Assembly: GCA_963799845.1 (NCBI GenBank) | Contig: CAWCYI010000006.1 | Location: forward strand, 128,001 to 192,000 | DNA from: an uncultured Nitrososphaerota archaeon | Lineage (GTDB): Archaea; Thermoproteota; Nitrososphaeria; Nitrososphaerales; CADDZS01 | Reading direction: 5' to 3' | Length of the DNA stretch: 64,000 nucleotides | In this document: piece by piece, positions 29,594-39,383 of the stretch | How the letters are laid out: each line of letters starts with the position of its first letter | How positions within the stretch are numbered: position 1 is the stretch's first letter | Program-made: the position numbers and the translations under genes | The notes under the pieces: model-generated | Database searches by the model: none | What the model was told of the DNA's origin: nothing | The model's input: only the letters and a program-made list of their open reading frames with translations

Positions 29594-31006
29594 ATGGAAG
29601 AACCTTCACAAACACCTAGGGATCAAGAAAAGATTCCGACACTTTCAGAAGAAAGAGAATCCTTGATTTCGAAAGTTTTGAAGGACTTACCATTAGTTTG
29701 TCTCGCTGACACCGAGGAATTAACGCTTTATCGAAGAGGAGTTTATGTCCTGGGAGGAGAACAGAAGCTTAAGGGATATTTGGAAAGAACCGTTCAAGAT
29801 TGCAGCACTCGCAAAGTAAATGATATTCTGGACAGTGTGAAGCGCCGTACTTACGTCGATCGTGAAGAATTCGACAAGTACCCGACAATTCTAAACTTGA
29901 AAAATTGTCTCTACGATTTAGAGAACGATCGAGCCCTAGAACACGATCCAAAACACTATTCTTTCGTTCAACTTCCAGCTATTTACAAAGAAGGCGTCGA
30001 TTGTCCAAAGATCAAGAAATTCCTTTCCGAAGTTCTCTACGAAGAGGATATACCACTAATTCAAGAATTTTTTGGATTCATCCTTTGGAAAGAGTACCCA
30101 TCAGCAAAAGCGTTAATGTTTGTCGGCGAGGGCTCAAACGGAAAATCCACCCTTCTCAATCTGATTAAAGCGTTAGTCGGAATCGGAAATACATCAGCCC
30201 GAGGTTTGCAAGAGTTAGAAACCAACCGATTCGCAAAAGCTGACCTGTACGCGAAACTTACGAATCTCTACGCAGACTTGCCCGACGTCGCGTTGAAATC
30301 TGGTGGTACCTTCAAGATGCTAACTGGCGGCGATCAGATTACAGCCGAAAAGAAATTCCAACATTCATTCAATTTCATCAACTGTGCAAAACTACTTTTC
30401 AGTACAAACAAGATCCCAGAAGTAAACGACGATACTGATTCGTTTTTTCGGCGCTGGTTCTTGATCACCTTCCCAAATACGTTCGACGGAAAAACAGCCA
30501 ATAAGAAACTAATCAAGGAGTTAACTACTGAGGACGAGATTTCAGGGCTCCTAAATTGGGCTCTTGAAGGGTTAAGACGTTTACGAAAGAATGACTGGAA
30601 TTTCTCGAATTCTAAGAGTACTGATGAAGTTCGACTTGAATACATTCGAAAATCTTCACCGATCAAGGCGTTTCTTCTGGATTGCACACTTGCCGAAAGC
30701 GAAGGCTGGGCACCTAAACAAAGGCTGTTTGATGCCTTCTGTGAGTATTGCAGACAAGAAAAACTTCCGATAGTGGGGCGGGATTCATTCTTCAAGAAAT
30801 TACCCGAATTCCAGCATGTAGAATCTCAACGTCCGGAAATTAATGGGACTCGGACGCCATGTTTCATAGGCATATCACTCCGACTTAATCAGAACTGGAA
30901 AACACTGGCCAAGGAAGGAGAAACCCCTGAAACCGAGGAAAATTGGACTAAACTGGAAAAAGCCCTTGACAGACCTGACAGCCCTGCCACGATGGACGGA
31001 TATTGA
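29594..31006 (+). CDS. SF3 (D5/P4-type) replicative helicase
   Basis: LNLKNCLYDL (D5_N), GEGSNGKST Walker A, KMLTGGD, FSTNKIP, FFRRW. Confidence 0.93.
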   Translation: MEEPSQTPRDQEKIPTLSEERESLISKVLKDLPLVCLADTEELTLYRRGVYVLGGEQKLKGYLERTVQDCSTRKVNDILDSVKRRTYVDREEFDKYPTILNLKNCLYDLENDRALEHDPKHYSFVQLPAIYKEGVDCPKIKKFLSEVLYEEDIPLIQEFFGFILWKEYPSAKALMFVGEGSNGKSTLLNLIKALVGIGNTSARGLQELETNRFAKADLYAKLTNLYADLPDVALKSGGTFKMLTGGDQITAEKKFQHSFNFINCAKLLFSTNKIPEVNDDTDSFFRRWFLITFPNTFDGKTANKKLIKELTTEDEISGLLNWALEGLRRLRKNDWNFSNSKSTDEVRLEYIRKSSPIKAFLLDCTLAESEGWAPKQRLFDAFCEYCRQEKLPIVGRDSFFKKLPEFQHVESQRPEINGTRTPCFIGISLRLNQNWKTLAKEGETPETEENWTKLEKALDRPDSPATMDGY

Positions 31007-31036
31007 TTTTGGCAAGGGTGACAGACGTGTCAAGGG
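30963..31036. repeat. Imperfect 27-bp inverted repeat with TGACAG units; candidate replication origin
   Basis: CCCTTGACAGACCTGACAGCCCTGCCA (30963-30989) matches the reverse complement of 31010-31036 at 21/27. Confidence 0.6.
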
Positions 31037-31177
31037 TTATTCTAACTTTAAGCAAAATATTGAGGGATTCTTGAATGAACCCAGAGCCTATAGCGTGTTT
31101 TATGAGTGGTTCTATTCTAAGCGCGATTAGCGGAGAATATTCTTTCTCTAATGAAGATAATGTATTCTTCTGTGCTT

Positions 31178-31501
31178 TTAGTGAAGACTCTTCGAGCCTA
31201 AAGCCTTGTTCAGAGGATTTCGTTTCTTTGTTCGTAGCATTCCGATATATGGAGGGGCATCCTTTGTTGGCCGTATTGTAAACCTAAGAGTTGTGATTTT
31301 CTGCCTTTGATATTTCCCTGTTGCGTCAGCAACGATGAGCTTGATTCCGCCTCCGGCTTCCTTAATCTCGGTCACCGCTAAAGAAAACTCAACTGGGCCG
31401 ACTTCTGATCGACTTTGCTCAGCGGCATGAAATATGTCTTCAAGAGATTTTTCAATAAAAGAATAAAGTTCCGACTTGTCGGCTCCCTTCAACTGTTTCA
31501 T
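31178..31501 (-). CDS. Trypco2-like (trypsin co-occurring domain 2) protein
   Basis: L..FI...L..I helix, then VEFSLAVT..KEAGGGIKLIV.......ITTLRFTI beta hairpin. Confidence 0.7.
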   Translation of the reverse strand: MKQLKGADKSELYSFIEKSLEDIFHAAEQSRSEVGPVEFSLAVTEIKEAGGGIKLIVADATGKYQRQKITTLRFTIRPTKDAPPYIGMLRTKKRNPLNKALGSKSLH

Positions 31502-32028
31502 TTGAGATTCGCTGAAGAGCCTCGATTTTGTCGAGAAAAAGGTTTGCTTGCTGGTTCAAAAGTCACCTTCAATTTGCTCTCTTGAAAAGTGATATCATAC
31601 ATTTCGAAGAAAGGCTTCCTGCCAAGTAAGGGGAAGTTCAAATTCGTATCTTCTTCTGCCTCTGGTTCATTACGTTCAGGTAATTTTTCCGGCACAGAAA
31701 CAGGGACTGAACCGAGGGGAATCTCCTTCTTGTTTAAGATTAGCCAAATTTCCACCGCTGAGGTTCTGACATGAAAAAGCCCAGAGGCTGCCACGTTTGG
31801 CTTTGTCTCTTCCGAAAGTTTCATTTCGAGAACCTCTGCAACATCAAAAGGAATAAGAGAAATATCGGCGCCTGAGTCTAACAACATAACCGTTCTAAAG
31901 GTATGAGTTCCATTCTGCAGACGAACAGGCAACCGCGGTCGAAAAATCGGATCTCCTTGAATTAGATCCCGAGTATAATCCACTGTAAAGGCAAGAGTTC
32001 TGAAGCCTTTACTCAAAAAATCAATCAC
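31498..32028 (-). CDS. Retropepsin-like (clan AA) aspartic protease
   Basis: RPRLPV, MLLDSGADISLIP catalytic DSG, PLLGRKPFF. Confidence 0.9.
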   Translation of the reverse strand: MIDFLSKGFRTLAFTVDYTRDLIQGDPIFRPRLPVRLQNGTHTFRTVMLLDSGADISLIPFDVAEVLEMKLSEETKPNVAASGLFHVRTSAVEIWLILNKKEIPLGSVPVSVPEKLPERNEPEAEEDTNLNFPLLGRKPFFEMYDITFQESKLKVTFEPASKPFSRQNRGSSANLK

Positions 32029-32222
32029 AGAATCTGATCTATTTTGGATCGCGGAACCCTAATGAAGAAAGGCTTTTGACCCTTCGACTTTGAATTTGCT
32101 TCTGCGTAGACAACTTTCAAGTTCTTGCCATGAGAAATTACTTCATTTTCAAGTATTGCAATCCATTCCCCGGCAAAACCGGAAAGGTCTTTCTTGCTGT
32201 AATACTGAAGCTCTGTTGACAA
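32025..32222 (-). CDS. DUF5678-family protein
   Basis: FAGEWIAILENEVISHGKNLKVVYAEA...PFFIRVP. Confidence 0.8.
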   Translation of the reverse strand: MSTELQYYSKKDLSGFAGEWIAILENEVISHGKNLKVVYAEANSKSKGQKPFFIRVPRSKIDQIL

Positions 32223-32575
32223 CTCAGACCACCAGGGAAGCTAAACTTTCAGCGACATCCAATATAGACATTTGGTACATAACCCAGAAGGAAGATGGTT
32301 TAGTACCTAGAGAATCTGCACGATTTAGAGGAAAAAAGTCAGAGTCCTTTAAAGCTTTAACAGTTGGCCTCTCAGTATATCGGATCCAGCAATAAACAAG
32401 CTCTCCTAACCACTGGTAAAAGGTCATTCATCGCCAGCGTCAAAGTAAATCCTGCATAACGAGAGCGCCGGCGCTGTTTCTTGATCGACAAAGTAAGGTG
32501 TCGCGCTCGTTGAAACCATTGTACGAGCGTAATCGATTCCACCTGTACTAATGGAAACGAACCAAACGACACTTA

Positions 32576-32821
32576 TCATGAGAAATACAACGGGTCCAAA
32601 AGTACTCTTTGACGGCGTACTTTTTCTTCGAATTCTTTTATGCGACTGCGTTCAAGTCTAAGATGCGGGTTGGGCGGTCCAACTCTTTTGCCAACATGAT
32701 AGCAGGGAATAGAGCAATATTTCGATTCAGGTCTAATTGACTCATACTTTCTATCGCAATTTTTGTTTTGGCAGACTAGCTCGTACAATTCTTTCAAGCT
32801 CTCCGAGCCGAGTGATGCCAT
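32576..32821 (-). CDS. Small zinc-finger protein
   Basis: CQNKNC...KYCSIPCY. Confidence 0.55.
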   Translation of the reverse strand: MASLGSESLKELYELVCQNKNCDRKYESIRPESKYCSIPCYHVGKRVGPPNPHLRLERSRIKEFEEKVRRQRVLLDPLYFS

Positions 32822-33048
32822 TTGATATGATCGCGAAGCTCGATTTCAGTCCCAAATTTTGAATCGCCTAAGCCTGAATGTTGGCAGTACCGGCAGGAGA
32901 AGACCGGCTCTCTTGGTTCGTAGCTATACCGAGAGTTATTTGGCACGTCTCCCGTTTGTCAAAGCATCTAAATTTAATCCGGTAAGTTCGTTTTTTGAAA
33001 GGAATTTATAGCCCGGGAATCTATTATCTGAGCGGTTAACCGCGCTCA

Positions 33049-33058
33049 AATAAGTATT
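33049..33058. repeat. Putative attR core AATAAGTATT
   Basis: 8 nt from the infB stop; identical to 17883-17892; adjacent palindrome TGAGCGGTTAACCGCGCTCA (33029-33048). Confidence 0.65.
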
Positions 33059-33066
33059 ATTTTCGT

Positions 33067-34860
33067 CTAATATCCGTAAAGGGGAGAAACTTTGCGCCTG
33101 ACCGAAATTATTTCCTTGAGTAACTGTCGATCATCGTTCGATATCGCTTGAAGGTATTTTTGATTTAGCAGTCTCACTTCCTGCTCCGAGGGTACTGTGT
33201 ACAGTATGTCTCCTTCGTTCACCTGTCTTCCAATAGTAGGTCCACTGATCGAAACTGCGATCTGCTCGCCCTTCTTGGCTTCGGCAATTGTCTTGCCCTC
33301 TTCCTGGATCTGATGAATTACGCCAATAGTCTTTCCCGTAACCCCCATTATATTGCATTTCTGCCTTAATTTTCCTTCGATAATTTCAACGCCGAAAACA
33401 GCCGGATCGTTACGCCTAAAAGAAAACCCCTTGAGAAATTGAAACTTACATAACGGGGTCAGAGCTTCCAGCCCTGTCTTTTGTTCCGAGTCTTGCTCTT
33501 GCGTTACCCAGCCAAGATAATTGTCGATCAGATTGTAGATTATCTGATCTGAAAACACTTTCAGTTTGCTGTCTTGAATCTCTTGCTCCGCATCAGGGAG
33601 AATCTTCACACTGAATGCGAGAATCACACCTCTGTACTTGTCATTCTTTCTCACCGCTGAAGCCTCCACTACGTCTCGCCTTGACACAGGGCCAATATCC
33701 GCTCGTTTGATTGGTATCTGCCGTGATTTTAGCATCTCTACAATTGCTTCAAGAGATCCCAACGTGTCCGCCTTCAGGATAATCCCGTTGACATCGGATT
33801 CGATCATTACCTGCTTAACTTCGGATTCGACCATCGCCTTAGTTTCGTCCATTCTAGCTTCATCGAACGCAACCAAAGGAGAGCCAGCTAGAACTCCTTC
33901 AAGATCTGGAGTCACAATTTTGACTCCCGCCGCGGCTGCGATGGAGTCTACACTTGCAAACTTATCCCGCGGATCCCGCATTTCATCCAGTGGTTTTGGC
34001 ATGAAAATGGCTTTGATCTTCGTAACGACTGCTCCGTCTTTTTTAGCCATTACAACCTGATCGCCGTTTCGCAGCACACCCTCGAGGAGGATAATATTTG
34101 CAGTCTCCCCGACCCCGGGCTCTTGTTTGACTTCCAAGACAATGCCGCGGGCGCGAGCGTCCGATGATACCGACAGTCTCTTTTGAAGATACACCTGAGT
34201 TAATCCAACCAAAACTGCGATCAACTCTGGTATCCCTTCTCCGGTCCTTGCACTGACGGGAACAATTGCGACTTCCTTTCTGAAATCTTTGATTCTGTAG
34301 AGCGCTTCGGAGTTTATTCCTAATCTGGACAGCTCACCGACTACCGTGTATATTTTCTGGTCCAGAATGTCTACGACCGATTTTGGTTGATTCTTGATAG
34401 CTTGGGTGATAAATTTGGAAGTTCCTTTCTTCCAACCAGCTATCGTATCTACTTTGTTCAGCGCAATAACGAACGGAACTTTTCGTTGTCGAAGTATTTC
34501 CAGGCTTTCTTTGGTTTGAATTTCGAGTCCTTTCTGGACATCAACGACCAGAATGGATATGTCTGCCGCGGAACCGCCACGATTTCGCAGATTGGTAAAT
34601 ATTTCGTGGCCAGGAGTATCTATGACAAGAAGACCCGGGACACGAATTTCGCCGCCACCGATCGTTTTCAAAAGGGGGCCGCATATCTCTTTCAGTGTCT
34701 CAGCGGGGAAGAAACTTGCGCCGATGTGCTGAGTAATTCCCCCCACTTCTCTTGCCTGGACGCCAGTTCCTCTTATCTTATCTAGAAGCGAGGTTTTTCC
34801 CGAATCTACATGGCCGAGTACCACTACAACCGGCGATCGTATTTGAGAAGTGGTTTCCAT
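33067..34860 (-). CDS. infB: Translation initiation factor IF-2 (aIF5B)
   Basis: RSPVVVVLGHVDSGKT, GGITQHIGA, DTPGHE, KADTLGSLEA. Confidence 0.97.
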   Translation of the reverse strand: METTSQIRSPVVVVLGHVDSGKTSLLDKIRGTGVQAREVGGITQHIGASFFPAETLKEICGPLLKTIGGGEIRVPGLLVIDTPGHEIFTNLRNRGGSAADISILVVDVQKGLEIQTKESLEILRQRKVPFVIALNKVDTIAGWKKGTSKFITQAIKNQPKSVVDILDQKIYTVVGELSRLGINSEALYRIKDFRKEVAIVPVSARTGEGIPELIAVLVGLTQVYLQKRLSVSSDARARGIVLEVKQEPGVGETANIILLEGVLRNGDQVVMAKKDGAVVTKIKAIFMPKPLDEMRDPRDKFASVDSIAAAAGVKIVTPDLEGVLAGSPLVAFDEARMDETKAMVESEVKQVMIESDVNGIILKADTLGSLEAIVEMLKSRQIPIKRADIGPVSRRDVVEASAVRKNDKYRGVILAFSVKILPDAEQEIQDSKLKVFSDQIIYNLIDNYLGWVTQEQDSEQKTGLEALTPLCKFQFLKGFSFRRNDPAVFGVEIIEGKLRQKCNIMGVTGKTIGVIHQIQEEGKTIAEAKKGEQIAVSISGPTIGRQVNEGDILYTVPSEQEVRLLNQKYLQAISNDDRQLLKEIISVRRKVSPLYGY

Positions 34861-34960
34861 AATTTCTGCTCTTCCTCTAGGGCCCTATAGACGAGGAAAA
34901 ATTGTGTTTTGAAACGGAAAAAGTTAACTGATGAAGATTGTTGGCACTAAGATACTTGTT

Positions 34961-35365
34961 TCACAATTCGGGAAACAAAATCTTTGATTCCCGAGCATAA
35001 CTTTCTTGAGAGTCTGAGGCGTGGACAACGTTATCGGTGTAACCCAGACCAAAATCCCCCCTGATTGTTCCGCTTGAAGCCTCGAAGCTCTTCGTGACGC
35101 CGATCATTCTTCTTACTACGTCGACAGCGTTAGCTCCTTCAACCACAATCGCAACCACTGGTCCTGAAGTAATGAATTGCTCTAACTCGGGGAAAAAAGG
35201 CTTGCCAACATGCGGAGAATAAAAATCGTTTGCGAGTCCATTGTCAAAAGATAGTTGATTTAATGCAATGATTTTGAATCCCTTCTTCTCGAACCTGGAA
35301 ATAATCTCCCCAATGAGTCCACGCCGTACCCCATCAGGCTTGATTACGACCAATGTTCGGTCCAA
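34961..35365 (-). CDS. ndk: Nucleoside diphosphate kinase
   Basis: IKPDGV, GTIRGDFG, NVVHASD. Confidence 0.97.
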   Translation of the reverse strand: MDRTLVVIKPDGVRRGLIGEIISRFEKKGFKIIALNQLSFDNGLANDFYSPHVGKPFFPELEQFITSGPVVAIVVEGANAVDVVRRMIGVTKSFEASSGTIRGDFGLGYTDNVVHASDSQESYARESKILFPEL

Positions 35366-35370
35366 TGGGA

Positions 35371-35613
35371 CTAGGCCTTTTCCTTTGCAGCCACGGTCGC
35401 CACCTGGGCGGGACGGCTAGCCTTGACCGGCGGTTTCGGTCTTTGCCTCGCCCATTTTAGAGACCTCGGATCTCTCTTAAGGATCGAAGCGTTCTTTCGG
35501 CACTTTGAAGAATCATACCAGAACGTTGCACCGTCATTTTTGATATACATCACACCGGTTCCCAGAGGGATCAATTTACCGCAAAATGAACATCTCTTAG
35601 CGCTGTAGGACAT
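35371..35613 (-). CDS. rpl24e: 50S ribosomal protein L24e
   Basis: CSFCG..I..GTG.MYIKNDG...SSKC...LKW. Confidence 0.95.
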   Translation of the reverse strand: MSYSAKRCSFCGKLIPLGTGVMYIKNDGATFWYDSSKCRKNASILKRDPRSLKWARQRPKPPVKASRPAQVATVAAKEKA

Positions 35614-35644
35614 TTCAAGAAATCGACCGTTTTGCCCTAATTTC

Positions 35645-35860
35645 CTACTTTATCTTTCTTGCTTCACGCTCAGTTTCGCGAAGCATCAAGACATCCCCCA
35701 TGCGGACCGGCCCTTTTACATTACGCGTTAAGATTCTGCCCCTGTCTCTGCCCTCAAGAAGTTTGACTCGAACTTGAGTAATCTCTCCGGCGACTCCTGT
35801 TCTCCCAACGACTTGAATGATCTCCGCTGGAGTGACGCGCTCTTCTGCTCTAGTACTCAA
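35645..35860 (-). CDS. rps28e: 30S ribosomal protein S28e
   Basis: GRTGVAGE...[20 protein letters not shown]. Confidence 0.97.
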   Translation of the reverse strand: MSTRAEERVTPAEIIQVVGRTGVAGEITQVRVKLLEGRDRGRILTRNVKGPVRMGDVLMLRETEREARKIK

Positions 35861-35894
35861 ATAACTACACTGTTCTACTCGTTATTGACTGGAC

Positions 35895-36278
35895 TCAGGA
35901 AGTAGCGGGAACTTTGAGCTTCGATATCTCAGAAACGACTTGGTCGATAAGAGGCTGCGCATCTCCCGATTCAATTATGCATGCAGAAGCAGCCCCCACG
36001 TCAATCCCCAAGGCGGGTCCCATGCTAGCGCGAGTTGGAACAAAAACAAACGGAACGTTGCGCTCCTCGCAAATAATTGGAAGATGTGCAACAACCTCTG
36101 GCGGTTCGACATCCTCGGCTATTATCACAAGCTTGGCTATTCCACGTTCAATAGCTTTCGTAGTTTCATTAGTGCCTTTCCTAATTTTTCCGGTCTGCTT
36201 CGCTTGCCTTAGTGCCTCATAAGCGGCATCGGAGATCTCTTTAGGAGTTTCAAACTTTACAAAATACGGCTTTGCCAT
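35895..36278 (-). CDS. rpl7ae: 50S ribosomal protein L7Ae
   Basis: KGTNETTKAIERG...AEDVEPPEVVAHLP. Confidence 0.97.
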   Translation of the reverse strand: MAKPYFVKFETPKEISDAAYEALRQAKQTGKIRKGTNETTKAIERGIAKLVIIAEDVEPPEVVAHLPIICEERNVPFVFVPTRASMGPALGIDVGAASACIIESGDAQPLIDQVVSEISKLKVPATS

Positions 36279-36331
36279 AGTCTCAATCCAACTTTACGAA
36301 AGCAACAGCTGGAATTGCGACTATTTCTGCG

Positions 36332-36354
36332 GGGTTCATCTTATTCTTTCGCCC
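36332..36354 (-). promoter_or_regulatory. K-turn/K-loop in the rpl7ae 5' UTR (putative autoregulatory site)
   Basis: Minus strand GGGCGA-aagaataa-GATGAACCC about 25 nt downstream of TATA CTTATTAA (36378-36385). Confidence 0.6.
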
Positions 36355-36456
36355 AAGATCTATCATTTTCCGTCCCTTTAATAAGTTGTATCATTGGATT
36401 ATTGGTTTGATTTCGATCGTTTACCGAAATACGAGCTCAGATCTATCGAGCTGACT

Positions 36457-38215
36457 TTACTTGTGGGTGAAGATTGCCGATTCAGGCGAGTCGAGTCTAC
36501 AGAAACCAAATCGAACAAATTGAAAAATCTCGCCAACTTTTAGATCGCGCGCCGACAGCTCCGCTTTGCCTTCCGAAATTTTCAAACTGTCAGGATTATA
36601 CTCTTCATCAATCAAGAGCGGACCCGTGACAGCGACTTGGAAGGGAACGGACTTTTCAGGCACAACCCATTGAAATTTCATCATCTTTTCGGAACTTTCT
36701 TCAGAAATTCGTTTTGCCTTTATCATATTATCTTGAATCGAGTAAACTTCGCAATTACAAACCTCAATTAACCTGAATCTTGAGCCGATTTTGAGTTGGG
36801 AAGCATCTAACCATGAAATTAGAAATCTTCCATTCGTCTCAATTACTCGAGATCCAAGATCCGCATCCGGGTGAAACTTTAATGATACTTCGATTGGCGG
36901 GGACCCGTCAATCCCAAGGCCGACGGGATTTTCCACGAAGAAAAATCTCCTCGTGATTGGATCCAACAATTTTCTGTTTATGCTTTCGAGCAAGTCCCAC
37001 GTGGGTTGGGACTCCACTTTGCTAACACCCATTGAGAGAACAAATTCTCTTATGGCTCCTGGAAGAATCCCACGACGTTTGAGTCCTGAAATCGTGGGCA
37101 ATCGCGGATCGTCCCAGCCGTTCACTTTTCCTTCATCGATAAGTTTTCTCAGATTTCTCTTGGACAGAGTAGTGTTTTGGAGTCGCAGTCGCGAAAATTC
37201 AATTATCTTCGGTTTCCGCAAGTCAACAGAATCCAGTATCGCGTAGTACAGTTCATCCCGGAGTTCGTACTCCTTGCTTCGCATAGCATGCGTGACACCG
37301 TCTAGACTGTCTTCGACAGGGCCGTCAAAGTCGTAAGTCGGCCATACCCTGAACGACGATCCCTTCAATGGATGAGGATGCTCAACGACCCTAAAAAGAA
37401 CGGGATCACGCATCGTCGTATTCAAGCTCTGCATGTCCCCAACAAATCTCAATGTCGAGTGCTTCGCTTCAGTTTTCTCTGTAATCATTAGCTCCCATAA
37501 GGAAATATTTTGATTCGCAGTTTGCGACCTGTGCTCGCAATTCAAGCCCGACATACGGTTCTGTCGCATTTTTTCTTGAGTACAGCTGCAAACATAAGCC
37601 GCATACTTCTCAATCATCGCTCGGGCTATCTCGTAGAATTTAGGCATATCATCTGAGGCATTTCTTATCAGATCGGCCTTGATCTCCATCCACTCAAGAG
37701 ATTCCAGAAATGCACCATAGAATTCTTTCTTTTCAGCAGCGGGATTCGTATCGTCAAACCGAACTATGAACTTCCCCTGGTATTTTTTCGCATATTCAGA
37801 ACCGATAATCGCCGCCTTCGTATGACCTATATGCATGTAACCATTCGGCTCTGGAGGAAATCTTGTAACTACATTTCCGATTTGTGCATTGGGTAGATCA
37901 GGAAGAGTAAATTTCTTCTCTGAATCATTCTTGGAAATTTCCTTTTTTCGAGCGATTGTCTTTTCAATTTCCCCGGGAAAGTCTCTTTCAAGGACGGCTT
38001 TTTGCTCGGCGATTGTCATCCCATTTATCATGGAGACGACCTTAGTAGCTATTGACTTGACTCGACTCGGATCTTTTCGCAGCTCGGGTTTTTCTGATAA
38101 TATCCGACTGATTACTGCCCCTGGGTTTGCTTTGCCATTGTGTCCGATCGCATTAAGATAAGCGATCTTTTGAATAAGAATAGAAATCTCGTCATCGGAA
38201 TCCGTCTAAATTCAC
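36457..38215 (-). CDS. gltX: Glutamyl-tRNA synthetase (indel at the start; frame open from 38205)
   Basis: RFPPEPNGYMHIGH, FDDTNP, LSKR, WDDPRL; in-frame N-terminal extension AYLNAIGHNGKANPGAV upstream of the annotated ATG. Confidence 0.95.
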
Positions 38216-39336
38216 CTCAAAGTCTTCCAGAATGGACTTCGATTCAATAGTCGCGAGAGCTCAGGGTACTCCAGGAGAGACCTCGTTTGCCTGTATATTC
38301 TTGGATGTATTTTGGATTGTTCAGAAGTAAGTTCGTCAAACGATTCCATTGCTAACCGAGAATGATTTGAGGCAACACCACGAGCATAATCAATGGAACC
38401 GCTCTCTATCATTAGATCAAAAACCCACCTGATTTCGTCCGCCGATTTTTCAGAGCGTTGTTTGGATAATATTTCAAGGACCTGAGTCTTCCGCTTCTTC
38501 TCCAAGTGATCCAGTAAATGAATTAGCATGATAGTCCTCTTCCCTTCGAACAAATCACCAAGAATTTCCTTTCCATACTTTGCTTCGTCTGCAGTCAAAT
38601 TCAGAACATCATCCACAATCTGAAAAGCAATTCCGAGGTTTGTGCCGAAATCAACGATTCGTTCCAAGGTCTTCGTTCTTTCCAGGCTTTCCTCGTCATC
38701 TTTGCCTACGGAAGAGAGAAGTACGCCCAGCCTACAAGGGGTAATACAAGTGTACCAGGCTGCTTTCTTGGTGACCATCACCAGATAGTCTTTCTCGCTT
38801 ATCTCCCAGTTATTCAGGCATGTCCAAGACAATTCAATTTGCTGACCTTCGGTTGTTTCATTGAGCATTCGCGTGAATTCAGCGAGAATATTGAGAGTCA
38901 AGTCCGCGCCCATAGCACGTTTGTTTGTGAGCAGCAGCTCCCACATCTTTCCGTGCAAGGCATCCCCCGCATTGATGGATAATTCGATACCGTGTTTTTT
39001 ATGCAGCGCAGGCAAGCCTCGTCGCAGGTCTGATCCGTCTTCTATATCATCGTGAATCAGAATCCAATTCTGAAAGAGTTCTAGTGCAGAAGCAGTCACG
39101 AGTGCATTCTGTTTCTTTCCCGAGAACATCTCGCACCAAAGAAGGCACAAACTACCTCTGAGACCTTTACCGCCCCGACTAGGATAGTCCCTCATCATGT
39201 CATAAAGAAGCTGAATTTCCGTCGATTCTGCAGACCTCGGCAAGAAATCCAGAACTATCTTATCGAGTAGTTTCTTGTTGGAGCTTAACATATCTAGCAG
39301 GTTTTGAGTCTCAGTTCTGAGTTCCATTTGGTTCAA
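38212..39336 (-). CDS. Geranylgeranyl diphosphate (polyprenyl) synthase
   Basis: GGKGLR, LIHDDIED...RRG, GQQIEL, FQIVDD; last residues probably frameshifted. Confidence 0.92.
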   Translation of the reverse strand: MNQMELRTETQNLLDMLSSNKKLLDKIVLDFLPRSAESTEIQLLYDMMRDYPSRGGKGLRGSLCLLWCEMFSGKKQNALVTASALELFQNWILIHDDIEDGSDLRRGLPALHKKHGIELSINAGDALHGKMWELLLTNKRAMGADLTLNILAEFTRMLNETTEGQQIELSWTCLNNWEISEKDYLVMVTKKAAWYTCITPCRLGVLLSSVGKDDEESLERTKTLERIVDFGTNLGIAFQIVDDVLNLTADEAKYGKEILGDLFEGKRTIMLIHLLDHLEKKRKTQVLEILSKQRSEKSADEIRWVFDLMIESGSIDYARGVASNHSRLAMESFDELTSEQSKIHPRIYRQTRSLLEYPELSRLLNRSPFWKTLR

Positions 39337-39383
39337 ACCTTGGAGTTAAGGGCCTTCTCCATCATCCGTTCGATTCAGAGACT

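Larger units (their letters stand above)
17883..33058. mobile_element. Integrated plasmid- or satellite-like element (integrase, prim-pol, SF3 helicase)
   Basis: Interrupts the conserved infB-rps6e adjacency; 10-bp direct repeat AATAAGTATT at both edges; integrase at one end; replication module inside. Confidence 0.85.

Noticed and set aside
17883-33058. Provirus, casposon or conjugative element
   Set aside because: No capsid, terminase/packaging ATPase, Cas1, family B polymerase or VirB4/relaxase recognised
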